Assembly: GCF_009914755.1 (NCBI RefSeq)
Contig: NC_060926.1
Direction: 5' to 3' (one strand)
DNA length: 64,000 bases
Origin: the human T2T-CHM13v2.0 reference genome, Homo sapiens
The notes below the pieces were generated by a model. That model saw only the letters and a list, made by a program, of their open reading frames with translations. It was not told where the DNA came from and did no database searches. Positions 13,401-24,479 of the stretch are shown here, piece by piece (the stretch's first letter is position 1; every line of letters starts with the position of its first letter). The position numbers and the translations under genes were made by a program.

Positions 13401-13569
13401 AGCTGTGATTTCCCAGTAAAGCAGAAATAACAAGAAAAGTTCAATACTGAACACACAAAACTCTTACAAATAAAATGGAGCAGCAGTTCAAGCAGACTCT
13501 GGATCCAAATATTTTCTCACTCAAAGACATGCTTAGAAAATAGTTTTAAAAAAATCTAGTTGGTAGTTC

Positions 13570-13830
13570 TACAAACATTTATTGAGCACATACTGTGTGC
13601 CCATTGTGCTTGGTTTAGGAAAAATAAAATAGCACAAGTTGTTCAGAGTGTAGGGGAAGAGACATGTATGTAAGCAAATTATAGAAAGCCTGAAAAGTAT
13701 TAAGAAGGCATATATAAAGGATGCTATGGGAACACAGAGGAGGGTGTATTGGGCTCTGCCTAGCAGACATCAGAGGAGACTTTTTTCCCAGGAGGGTAGG
13801 ATTTTAGAAGGAGAACATGTCTGGGGACAC
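13570..13830 (-). mobile_element. L2 3' fragment
   Basis: 'caaacatttattgagcacatactgtgtgcc...gatgctatgggaacacagagg' is typical L2 antisense. Confidence 0.7.
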
Positions 13831-14301
13831 AAGCCAGGAGAGAAACAAGCATGGTGCCACCAGCAGCCTAGCAGAGTCACCAGGGCAGGGAGTTTAACCT
13901 GTCATTATGCGTCATTTATGACAATAACTTACTTTTCAAGATCTTTTTCCCATATTGCAGAAATGATGCAGAACCCAACACAGAAGTGGAGCTCTCTGCA
14001 AATTCACTCCTCTCACCCCTTATCATCCAGTTTCTCTGAGTCTCCAGGAGGTATCTCCTACGTGCCCAGGTCCAGTGAGTAATCATATGGCTTCCACTGC
14101 TTCTTCCTCTTCTCCACTCCTGCTTTCCCTCTGCCAGCAGGCCGTGGGTCTGGCGGGCCCTGCGCCGGCTCCACTGCCAGTGGTGTTGAGTGCTGCTGCA
14201 CCAGCCAGGCCCCACTTATCAACTCAGCTTCCCAAATCCTGACAGATAGTGTCTTCCCACAAGATCCTGCCTCCACTGCTGCTATTTCTCCTTCATCCTT
14301 C

Positions 14302-14368
14302 ACCTGCTCTAGTGTTCTCAAACCTTGGAGATGGTTGGACCTGCTCTAGTGTTCTCAAACCTTGGAGA
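14302..14368. repeat. Perfect 30-bp direct repeat with 7-bp spacer
   Basis: acctgctctagtgttctcaaaccttggaga at 14302-14331 and 14339-14368. Confidence 0.95.
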
Positions 14369-14829
14369 CGTCAGGACTGGTCTCTATAACTGTGCTGTAG
14401 GCTACAGAAAGTACCAAAACATACTGTCGGCTCTTAGAAAATTTGCAGTGAGGAATTCTTTACATGTTCACAAATGGTCCTCACGCTCTGAAGACTCCAA
14501 CTCAGGGAACTAGGGACAACCCTGTGCAATTCCCAGAATCACCCCACCCCCAACCAGGCCAAGCACATAAACCTGCCTTCCTTCCTTGAGGGGCTGGGCT
14601 TTTCTTCCAGACACAACTCAGCCCCTGTGTGAACACACACATGGCAGGCCTACTACACCACTTCACAAGGTGACTGGACATATCTCAGTCCCTGTGATGG
14701 CTGTGGTTTATGTTCAAGCTGAGATACCTGCCCCATGCATGATAATTGGGGAAATTATATAGTGAATTCCTTCAGAGGCCTCATTAAGTCACTATAGCTG
14801 AGAAGAAAAGTCTTATATAAATTAAGATA

Positions 14830-15360
14830 TTTAGTTGCAAGAGGTGAGAAAACTGATCTCAAATAACAAGGAAAATTGGCTGGTTCGTAATTGAACAGTG
14901 GAAGATTCTACTTGAGACACAGCTTGATGCAGCATTCATACAAGGGATCAGGACCCAATTTCTCACCTCTCGTTCCTTGACTCTCCTTCTTTGGCTCTGT
15001 TATTAGGCTGGTTGATACCAGGGTATCTGCCAGCATATCCCACTACTGTATTCAAATCTGTTTGTAACCAATAGGAAAGAGAGAAGGTAAATTAACTTCC
15101 TTTTCTCAGAAGCCCCGGCAAAATGTCTTCTTGTGTCTTCTTGGCTCTGACTGGTGAACTTCCCGAGCCATCATAATGGCTGGAATAAGGCAGTGTGCTG
15201 AATGGATTAGGAATGTGATCACTGCTCCACCCCTGCATCTGGGGATGGAGAAACTCTACCTAGAAGCACATGACTGAAAGTGGATAAAGGAGCTATTTCC
15301 CAAAGGAAAATCAGAATACTGTTTTGTAAAAAGAGAGGAGGAATAGAAGTTAAGAGGCCA
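14830..15360 (-). mobile_element. MaLR LTR (MLT1K/L-like)
   Basis: 'ttagttgcaagaggtgagaaaac...cagaagccccggcaaaatgtcttc...ttggctctgactgg...ttcccaaaggaaaatcag'. Confidence 0.6.
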
Positions 15361-15659
15361 AAATTCAAAATATAAATATTACACTACAATTTATGTTTCT
15401 AAAATATTGCTGTCATATTGGCCCAAAGGTGATTTAACAACCTTGAGTAGAGTTATTTGTACTGTGGAGAGTTTGATGAATATTGAGACTCAATGAAAGG
15501 TGTGTGGGTATGGGTAAGAAGAGGGAGATGGCTTAGGCAGACTCACCTGGGTCTCTGGATACCTGGAAGAACATCCAACAATGACCTATCATTCAGCTAA
15601 TATGGGAGGTCCAACACTACTTGGATCAATGAGATCAGAGACCAGAAAAGAATCAGCTG

Positions 15660-16740
15660 GAAACCACTCAAATTACACAAGATAAAAATTGTGTACCTAA
15701 ATGAAAAGGTAAAACAAAAAATAATTCACAAAAATATAGAACTACAGATATAATCTAGGAGTTGAGAAGAACTTCCTAAGACTAGAAATTCAAAGGCTAG
15801 ATAAAAAAGGATAGACACATTTGAATATGTAAATATTAAGAGTATTCCTATGGCAAAAGATCCAATAAATAAAATCACAGTCAAATATCAGAGCTAGAGA
15901 AAAAGGTTTATATCAGATTTAAAACAACTGGCACCTGTAACATACAAAAAAGCTTTTAAAATTGTCAAGAGTAAGTCAATCCAGTAGAAAAGCAGGTAAA
16001 AGACACAAATGGACAAATCACTGAAAAGTAAATCTAAATGGCCAAGCACCTTCTTTTAAATGCTCAAATTCATTTATAGTCAGGGAAATGCAAATTAAAG
16101 TAACAATGAGATGCCATTTTATAGCCATCAGATAGACAAATTAGTAAGAATTATCACATCCAGTGACGGTGAGCTGGTGGGGATGTGATAGAAAGGGTAC
16201 TCACACATATAATGGCAGAAATATGGTGTCTTACAGCTGTTTAGAAAAGCAATTGAGCAATAATTATAAAAATTGAAACAACATTTACTATTCAATTCAG
16301 CAATTCCACTCTTGAAAATTTAGCTCATAGAAATGAAAGAACCAACACATGAAGCTATTTAAGTATGCGTGTGTGTGTGTGTGTGTGTGTGTCATCATTG
16401 TTCGATGAGGCAAAAAAAAACTGGAAACAAAAATTCATTAATAAGTGAACAGCCAAAATATTATGGAATATTTACACCACGGAGAATTATGCAACCATTA
16501 AAAAGAATGAAGTAGTTATGCCAGTTAACCTGGAGGGATGGTCACAAGGTTTTGTTAGTGAACAAGTCAGGTTGCGGAAAAGTGTATGTAATGTCATGTA
16601 ATGATGTAATGTAATGTAATGTAATATAATTGATTACTTTTATAAAACACTGGTAATTACAAATCTGTGTTATATTAATACAGAGAATGATATGGAAGAT
16701 CATACAGTAGATTTTTAAAAATTGATTACTTGAAAAAGAA
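15660..16740 (+). mobile_element. Old L1M(E) ORF2 end and 3'UTR fragment
   Basis: 'cagggaaatgcaaattaaagtaacaatgagatgccattt', 'cagcaattccactctt', 'gcaaccattaaaaagaatgaag'; contains (GT)n at ~16369-16392 and (TAATG)n at ~16605-16625. Confidence 0.8.
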
Positions 16741-16759
16741 ACATAGAGGTGTGGAGGGG

Positions 16760-16851
16760 TGGGTGAGCAACCATCCTGGTTTGCCTGGAACTGAAAGGTT
16801 TTCTAGGATGTAGCGGTTTTACGGCTAAAATTGAGACAGTCTCAAGTAACC
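16760..16851 (+). mobile_element. MER81-like hAT-Blackjack element
   Basis: 'gggtgagcaaccatcctggtttgcctggaactga...gctaaaattgagacagtc'. Confidence 0.6.
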
Positions 16852-17129
16852 AAAAAAGGGGAAAAGATATGACTAAAAGTCATGTAATCATATATGCACT
16901 CATGTAAAATTATTTATCTTGGTTGATGTTGGTAAAAATAAGTTTTAAACCTGTTTATTTTCACAGGTTTTTATAATAATTGAGGAAAGACTTTCACTCA
17001 CAGACTCCTGTGGTTTTGAAGAAGCTACTTTAGAAATACAAGGGCTAATGGCATCTTCGATGAGCAAGGAAATATCATTTATTTGTTTAGTCAAAAACAT
17101 GTTCATTAAACATTTATTCCACGTATTAA

Positions 17130-17712
17130 TTTACCTATTAGTAACACAACACATAGAAGGCAGTCAATAAATGTGTTGAATAAGTAAGCAAATGCATGAC
17201 CATAATTATAATGCATATAATTCATGTAATAACCACAATATATTGTAACATATATACAGCATGAGAACATATTACAATAACAATGCTTTAACAGAGGCAA
17301 AAACAGAAGCCCAAGAGAACACAGAAAAGGTGCCTGACTTTGCCTAGTGAGATCTTGGAAATACAGCAGAAGAGAAATATGGAGAGTTTGAAAAAATGAG
17401 AGTTTATGGCTAGGAAAAAGGAAAGAGGAAAATCCAGAAAGCAAGAACACCCCATACAAACCCAGGAGTCACAGAAAAGCAAAGTGTATCTGGGAAAGAG
17501 TGTGACATTCCCCAAGGCATGCATAGGGAAAAAGTGGAAGTTGGGAAAGGAGAGGTGAGAAGATGAGGCCGCACAGGAAGGAGAGGTGAGATGCTTTAGT
17601 TCCTAGGCACCTGCCAAGCAGTTGGCATTCATTTTGAAGGCACTAGGAAGACAGGAAGTCTCACATCAGAGAAAAGCCACAATTGGATTTCGTTTTTAGG
17701 AAGATAACACGA
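17130..17712. mobile_element. L2 fragments (3' tail on +, longer piece on -)
   Basis: 'cacatagaaggcagtcaataaatgtgttgaataa'; 'gcagttggcattcattttgaaggcactaggaag...ggatttcgtttttaggaagataac'. Confidence 0.55.
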
Positions 17713-17730
17713 GCACCAAGATAGCAAATT

Positions 17731-18540
17731 GACTTTATGTCAAATGCCATTTCCAAGTGATTAGTCATGAGAGCTGAAGGACAATGTTAAGAAAGACTGG
17801 GTGGTCACCTATGTCTGGGCTTAGTAGTTAAAGTGCCGTGAGCGATTAGCAATGTCTACTATGGACAAGGGAGAAGGGGAACGGTGACAAGGTTGCTATG
17901 TGTTTTCCAAGACCGCGCCTACTACCAGCAGTGTGGAGGAGGGCCCACATGGAAGAGATCATTGTCAGGGAGAGCGGGTGATCTACTAATCCATACAAGA
18001 GGTGACGGACATCTGGAGAGGTACAGTGCAGGAACCAGACTCATAGGAGATTTCAGAGGCGCAATCAGGAGGCTCTGCTGAATGAATTTAGTCATGGATG
18101 AGATCCAGGCACTAAGGGCATCTCTGGCAAGCGAGCAAATTTCAGATGAGGATCGCTTTATGGTATTGGAACCAAACCCACTTGGCCCCATATACACCTC
18201 AGAGAGGATAAGATGACTCGGCAGTTCTGGGAACTGCCAGGGCACATTCCACAATTCTTGCCACCGAATCACTTTCTGATGTCTGTGGCCTCAGCTGCTT
18301 AGCCCAGCAGTTCTTGTGATTTATTCTCCAGAGCAGCTCCCAGAAGTTGAAAATCCTCCTAGAGCCAAAAACAGGAAGCATCCCCCACTCACCTGGCCCA
18401 GGGTCCAGGAAGGAATATGTGTGCTCTGACACACCCATGGTGTAAGTTCCCATTATGTCAGCAGTGTTTACCATCTCCAGGCACTTCCTATGACATAGGA
18501 GCACCGCCAAATCTCTTCACCAGCAGAGGAAATGACTAAC
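17731..18540 (+). other. Candidate non-retroviral endogenous viral element: decayed bornavirus-like nucleoprotein (EBLN-like) sequence
   Basis: One + frame stays protein-like from 17731 to 18216, broken by stops that are mostly TGA; collinear motifs GTVTRLLCVF...GGPTWKRS, EIQAL...D.F..L and (next frame) LPPNHFLMSVASAA match recalled BoDV-1 N motifs; no introns and no recognisable repeat; boundaries approximate, no clear TSD. Confidence 0.55.
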
Positions 18541-19282
18541 TCCAGGAAGTCATCCCTTCTCCCTCTACCCCGCCAACCAAAAATGGAGAGGCTGTTGGAC
18601 TTTCACTAAAAATATCAACACCATCTAAAAATAAGGTTCATCAACTCTGCCCTTGCCCCAGAATTCCTGACCCGAGCTCCTCTGACATCACCACTGGCCC
18701 CTGTCAACAGAGCCTCTCAGAGCCACCTCCTAGCTGCCCTCTTAGCTTAAAGTTCATTTTGAAATCAATCCCCACCAGCCTTCCCACCAATGAGATCACG
18801 AATAATAGCTGGCCATGACTGTATCAAACAAGTGTTTTCCCAGGGGATGGAAGGTCTTCCAAAACTCTTCCACAAGCACACGCACCCAAGCGGGTTTATT
18901 TCCTGTCTGGTTGGCTTCCTCCAGGCTCATTACGGTTTCAAGGTCATTTTCCAGAAAAGGAAAGAGAGTGCAGGAGTGTGACCTTTAGCAGTCTCGGGTG
19001 GACATGCAGCGGCTGACCTGTAGGAGAGTCTAAATGAAGCCATTTGTTAGGAAGCCATTGACAAGCACTTGGGGTATTCAGTAGTGGCACTGTTCCTACT
19101 GATGGTTCCTGGGGCACTCAGCCTGCTGCAGAGCTTTCTATTCTGTCTTGAGCTAAGAGACCCCAGCTGAAAATTGGCATTTGCTTTGGCGGTGGTGGTC
19201 TTGGTTGTTCTCAACTGATCTAGAGGAGAGTTGGGAAGAAATACCTAATCTTTAGTCCAAAGGAGAAGGATGGGAGAAATAA

Positions 19283-19587
<305 letters not shown>

Positions 19588-19711
19588 TAGATTCAGCTCT
19601 TAACTCCTATATTGCTGGAGGTTTCTCTAATGACTGAACTGACTTATTAGCTTTGCTCCCCAAACAAGGAGGCAAGAAAGTCTCAAATAGCAACCCTTCC
19701 TCCGAGAGGAA

Positions 19712-19925
19712 GTAGCACAGCATAGTGGATAAAAGCTTTGAAGTTAGGGTCTCTGGGGTTAAATTCTGTTCTTGTTACATACAGCTGTGTGACATTTTAG
19801 CACGTTATTAGGCTCTGTAAGACTCAAGTTTGTTTCTCAGACGTAGACTGGGGTTTGTTATGAGGATCAGTTAAATAAGAAATGAACAGTTTATACACAG
19901 TCAGTGCTCCATAGAGGTACCTACC
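19712..19925 (+). mobile_element. MIR SINE
   Basis: 'agcatagtggataaaagc...cagctgtgtgac...tgttatgaggatc'. Confidence 0.65.
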
Positions 19926-20741
19926 TGTTTTCTTTATTGAGTGTCTTGCCTTGTGCTCGGTGTTCTTCTAGTGCTGGAGATTCTACAGAAAACAGGACAG
20001 ACAAGGCCCAACCCAGAGTAGGACACAGAGGTAGCCATTTGTGGATGCTGAGTGGCTGGTTGGTGGAAATGGCATGTAAGCTCAGGAAATGAATTGAAAA
20101 TAGGACTGGGTGGGGCAAGACAGTCTTTCATTGTTAGTCCTCACTCCAACATCCAAAGAGCTCTGGAGGAAGGAGAAGGAAACTGACATACAGAAACATC
20201 CAGGATGTGTGCACATGTGAGGCCACTCTGGTGGGATGGTTTCTTCTCAGAGCTCCCCATCAGCTTGAGCACGATCTCAGGAGGAGCCCAAGGGATGGGT
20301 TCAAGGATGGGGGGACACACAGTGGTCACTGCAAGTCTTGCCCCCAGCAACTTTGTAGGCAAGGGGACTCCAGCTATCTCCAAGGAACACCAAAAGCAGA
20401 GGAGGCTTGGCCATTATGTCTTCAAGGTGACCATGAGGAGGGAATTATGAATATCAGGAGGCAGCTTAGGAGACCAGAAGGTAGGTACAGAATGATGATA
20501 GTTGACAGAGTTTATGAGGAAAGAAATACATTGTAAGTTTGTGGGTTCAAATGGAGCCATTGAACTGAATCCATTAGTAACTTTGGAGACCTTACTTAAT
20601 TAGAAGTTAGCTTGATTCTTCTGTGTGCCTCAAGCAGCATGGTGGGCAAAACTTTTTTGCTCTAAGGGTCTTCATAGTCCTTCTCTCTCCTCCACTCCGG
20701 AGCCAAGATAAGGATCACATGCTGTGATGTATTGTAGTACC

Positions 20742-20743
<2 letters not shown>

Positions 20744-20783
<40 letters not shown>
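20744..20783. repeat. Compound (CT)n(CA)n microsatellite
   Basis: Direct reading. Confidence 0.95.
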
Positions 20784-20784
<1 letters not shown>

Positions 20785-21830
20785 CCATTCTTAAGCTCTT
20801 TTTTCCTCCAAATTAAATGTTTTCTTGGTCATTTGTATGACAACATTGCAGCTTGTATATTGTTGAATGTTTCTTTCTCATTTTGAGCAGCCACGATATG
20901 TTCAATTTGAAGTTGTACCTAGGGAAGCCCTGGCAGAAGACACAGGAGACATACGGAATGAAGCAGGATTTAAGACAGACGACAACAATGGGTTGGGGGT
21001 TGGTTTGCGAGATACTACTCTCTTACTCAGTTGGTATGGCTCCAAAAGGCCTGGAAAGATGCCAGGAATGAGCAAAGACCCACCAAAATAAAACAAACAG
21101 ACAACAAAACCCTACCATAAACAACGAGAAAACAAAAAAGACAGAAAAACAACCCATCAGGTTGTATGAGGTTGTAACGGAGTTCTGTCTATGAGATGCT
21201 TTCGGGGTGACCAGGGTACACTGGCTGTTCTTGTCTTCCACCCCAAGGCAAGTCAGCACCCCCTAGAGCCAAGGAAAACTCACCGGAAGCTGAGGGGGAC
21301 AGCAGGGAGACAAGAGTGGGTGACTACCATATTACGTAGAGTGTCAGCTCCATGAAAACAAGGATTGCCTTTCTTGTTCAGTGAAAACCACAAGTGCTGG
21401 GGACATAGTAGCCTCTCAATAATTATCTGTTGAATGAATTTCATCATAATGTTGCTAACATTACCCTGCCATTCCTTCAATACCTTAAGTTGTGGATCTA
21501 CTGTATGGGATAGGAATGTGTCATTTTTTTCTATCAACAAACACAGGGATTCATTTCAAATGTAGATTATCATTCTAGACTCTCACTGTGTTAATGCCTT
21601 TTCCTAACATTTGAGGGAAACAAATCCAGGTCACATATATCATGTTCTATTTCACAAATTCTAGTAAGGCTCAACAGTAGTGCATGTTATTATTACCTAA
21701 CTTTAGAGTGGACCAATAGTATTTACAAAGCGGTATAGGATGTTACAGTCAAGGTTTCAGCCCTTTTCCTTGAAGCCAATTACACCCCAAGAGATTTTTT
21801 TTTGTTTTGGAGGGTCATGACAGAGGATAT

Positions 21831-21844
21831 CCCCTAGGGGGCAG
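21831..21844 (+). promoter_or_regulatory. Candidate CTCF core motif
   Basis: CCCCTAGGGGGCAG, 13/14 to the common core CCACTAGGGGGCAG. Confidence 0.5.
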
Positions 21845-22249
21845 TGTGTGCATATGTTTCAACCAAGCAAGGAGCGCATTTCATGGCCCGAGGTAATTGC
21901 AAAGGCTACAGGAGATCGGGGAGTCTAAGACACGAATGCACTATATGAAGTTGTCCTTTAGGCAGAGCAGAGTGGAGGCGACCTGAAAGAATTGCTCAAT
22001 AGAAAAAAACCTAGTGACACAGCAGAAAATTGGGGGATGGTAACTTTCAAGGCTCCAGCCACCTAAATGCTTAAGGTTCAACACAGGAATCATTTGACAC
22101 GCTCCTTAACATTTGCTAAGGGGTTTTTAATATTTTTATTTATTACATTTTATATTTCATGTTTCTGACATCCATACAGAATTGTGTTTCATTTTCTTGT
22201 CTATTCTAGGTGGCAGTTCAAATTCAATTAAAGTTAACCAGTTTTAATT

Positions 22250-22470
22250 GAGTAATAATAGTTGATAATGTATTATTGAGTGCTTATAATGTTCTGAGTG
22301 TTTTACTTACATATTACTTTAGTTAACGTTTCCACATCACCATGAGGTGAGGACTGTTAATATTCTCACTTTACAGATGGGAAAACTGTGGCATAGAGAG
22401 TTTACACAACTTGCCCAAGCTTAATAGTCTGAGTCGAGGACACATTCTCTTAAATATTTTACTATGTCAC
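22250..22470 (-). mobile_element. MIR SINE
   Basis: 'ctcactttacagatgggaaaactgtggcatagagag...aacttgcccaag'. Confidence 0.75.
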
Positions 22471-22497
22471 CTCCCAAAGAAGTGCCTCTCTAACTTT

Positions 22498-22797
<300 letters not shown>

Positions 22798-22821
22798 CCT
22801 CTCTAACTTTAATGAGTTCAC

Positions 22822-22955
22822 ATATCACTTTGAGACCTTGTTAAAATGCAGATTCTGATTCAGTAGATCTGGGTGGGGCCTGAGAGACTGTTTCTAACAA
22901 GCTGCAGGTGATGCCAATGCAGTTGGTCCGTGGACCACATTTTGAGTAGCAAGAA
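22822..22955. mobile_element. MER5A1 (hAT-Charlie)
   Basis: 'ttgttaaaatgcagattctgattcagtagatctggg...ggtccgtggaccacattttgagtagcaag'. Confidence 0.8.
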
Positions 22956-23359
22956 CCTAAAAAGGAGTGTGTATTGAGGGTAGAGGGATGTGAGGATATA
23001 AAGATGTGCATGGCGTAGTCCCTCCACTCAAGCAGATTATATCTGCTAGAGAAGGTTAGGGCAACTACACAAGTGGTGTATATTATGAAAGAAAGTGTAT
23101 GTCCAGGGCCACAGAGGCACAGAGCAACTCAATAGGTACTAAGTGAGGGACTTTCTTCTAGGATAGGACAATGCACTTCAGGAAGGACAAGCAGGATGAA
23201 TGAGGTACAGTTCCTGCCTGTGAGTCGTTTGCAAGCTGGTGGGGCAAGGTCAACAGACACATAAATAACCCTAGTACGGGCGTAGGTTTTACAAAAGAGG
23301 CTGCCCAGGATAATTCTGGGAACAGGAAGGAGGGACAAAATGAGGGAGGTGAGCATTTC

Positions 23360-23667
23360 TTTTTCTTTCTTTTTTTTTTTTTTTTGAGATGGAGTCTTGC
23401 TCTGTCACCCAGGCTGGAGTGCAGTGGCGCCATCTCGACTCACTGCAAGCTCTGTCTCCCAGGTTCATGCCATTCTCCTGCCTCAGCCCCCTGAGTAACT
23501 GGGACTACAGGCACCCACCACCACACCAGGCTAATTTTTTTGTATTTTTAGTAGAGACGGGGTTTCACTGTGTTAGTCAGGTTGGTCTCAATCTCCTGAC
23601 CTCATGATCCTCCCGCCTCGGCCTCCCAAAGTGTTGGCATTACAGGCATGAGCCACCGTGCCTGGAC
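23360..23667 (-). mobile_element. AluY-like
   Basis: 'ctgcaagctc...ttcatgccattctcc'; TSD agcatttc at 23352-23359 and 23669-23676. Confidence 0.93.
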
Positions 23668-23951
23668 AAGCATTTCAATTGTGACTAGAATTAGAAAGCT
23701 CAAGGAACAGAGCTCTCATCTGGCTGCAGACCTGGAGAAAGGCCTCATGAAAGAGATGGGATTTGAGATAAACCATGAAAGACAGATGGGGTTTTGACAG
23801 TGCATAAGGAAGGATATTTCAGGGAGGAAAAACCAGTTTAATCCAAAGTTCTGAAATACAGAAGTACAAAGCAAATTTGGGGCTAAGGGCATAGTCTTAT
23901 TTTCCTATCTAGACACCGTACGGAAGTTGTGCTGAAAACCATGCTTTAGAG

Positions 23952-24137
23952 CAATGATTCTCAATCCATATTGAAAAAAATCACTTAAGGAGTGAAAAAA
24001 AGATTTCGATGCTGGGGCCTCATCCCCAGAAATTCTGATTTCATGAATCTGAGTCAGAGGTGAGAATCCATATGTTTTTAAATCTCCTCATTTTTATTTA
24101 GATAATACGTATGTGCAGCCAGATTTGAGAACCATTA
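23952..24137. mobile_element. MER5B-like (hAT-Charlie)
   Basis: Termini caatgattctcaa...ttgagaaccatt; internal 'ggggcctcatccccagaaattctgatt'. Confidence 0.75.
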
Positions 24138-24144
24138 CTCTAAG

Positions 24145-24330
24145 CAATGATTCTCAAATTGTGCTGCCTGGGTCAGCAGCCTCAGCATCACCTGGGAACA
24201 TCTGGAAATGCAAATTCTCAGGTCCCACCCTGGACCTACCGAATCGGAAACTCTGGGGGCGGGGCCAAGAACCTCTCTTCTAACAAACCCTCCAGCGATT
24301 CTAATGCAAGTTCAAGTTTGAGAACCAATG
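24145..24330. mobile_element. MER5A (hAT-Charlie)
   Basis: 'cagcatcacctgggaac...gaaatgcaaattctcaggtcccaccc...aagtttgagaaccaatg'. Confidence 0.9.
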
Positions 24331-24338
24331 TTCTAGAG

Positions 24339-24479
24339 CCTTGCTCCTCCAAGTATAGGCCACTGGAAGCTTACTACATGCATGGAATCCCAGGCCGCCC
24401 CTCAGGACTGTTGAATCAGAACTGCAGTTTAACAAGATCCCCAGGTGATGGGTGTGTACATTTAAGTTTGGGAAGCCTG
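24339..24479. mobile_element. MER5A1-like (hAT-Charlie)
   Basis: 'gaatcccaggccgcccc...gaatcagaactgcagtttaacaagatccccaggtgat...aagtttgggaagc'. Confidence 0.75.

Noticed and set aside
14130-14215. GC/CpG-rich patch with ccactg-c-cagtgg stem as a CpG island, promoter or RNA gene
   Set aside because: Under 100 bp, with no convincing promoter, CTCF or RNA structure features.
17850-18400. Orthomyxovirus NP-like reading (LVMDEIQALR vs recalled AMMDQVRESR) and a CBM1-like 'YQQCGG' word
   Set aside because: Fewer and weaker collinear matches than the bornavirus N comparison; kept only as alternatives to test by profile search.
17922-18510. Minus-strand ORFs of 116 and 103 aa
   Set aside because: No recognisable homology; more simply explained as antisense shadows of the decayed + strand coding sequence.
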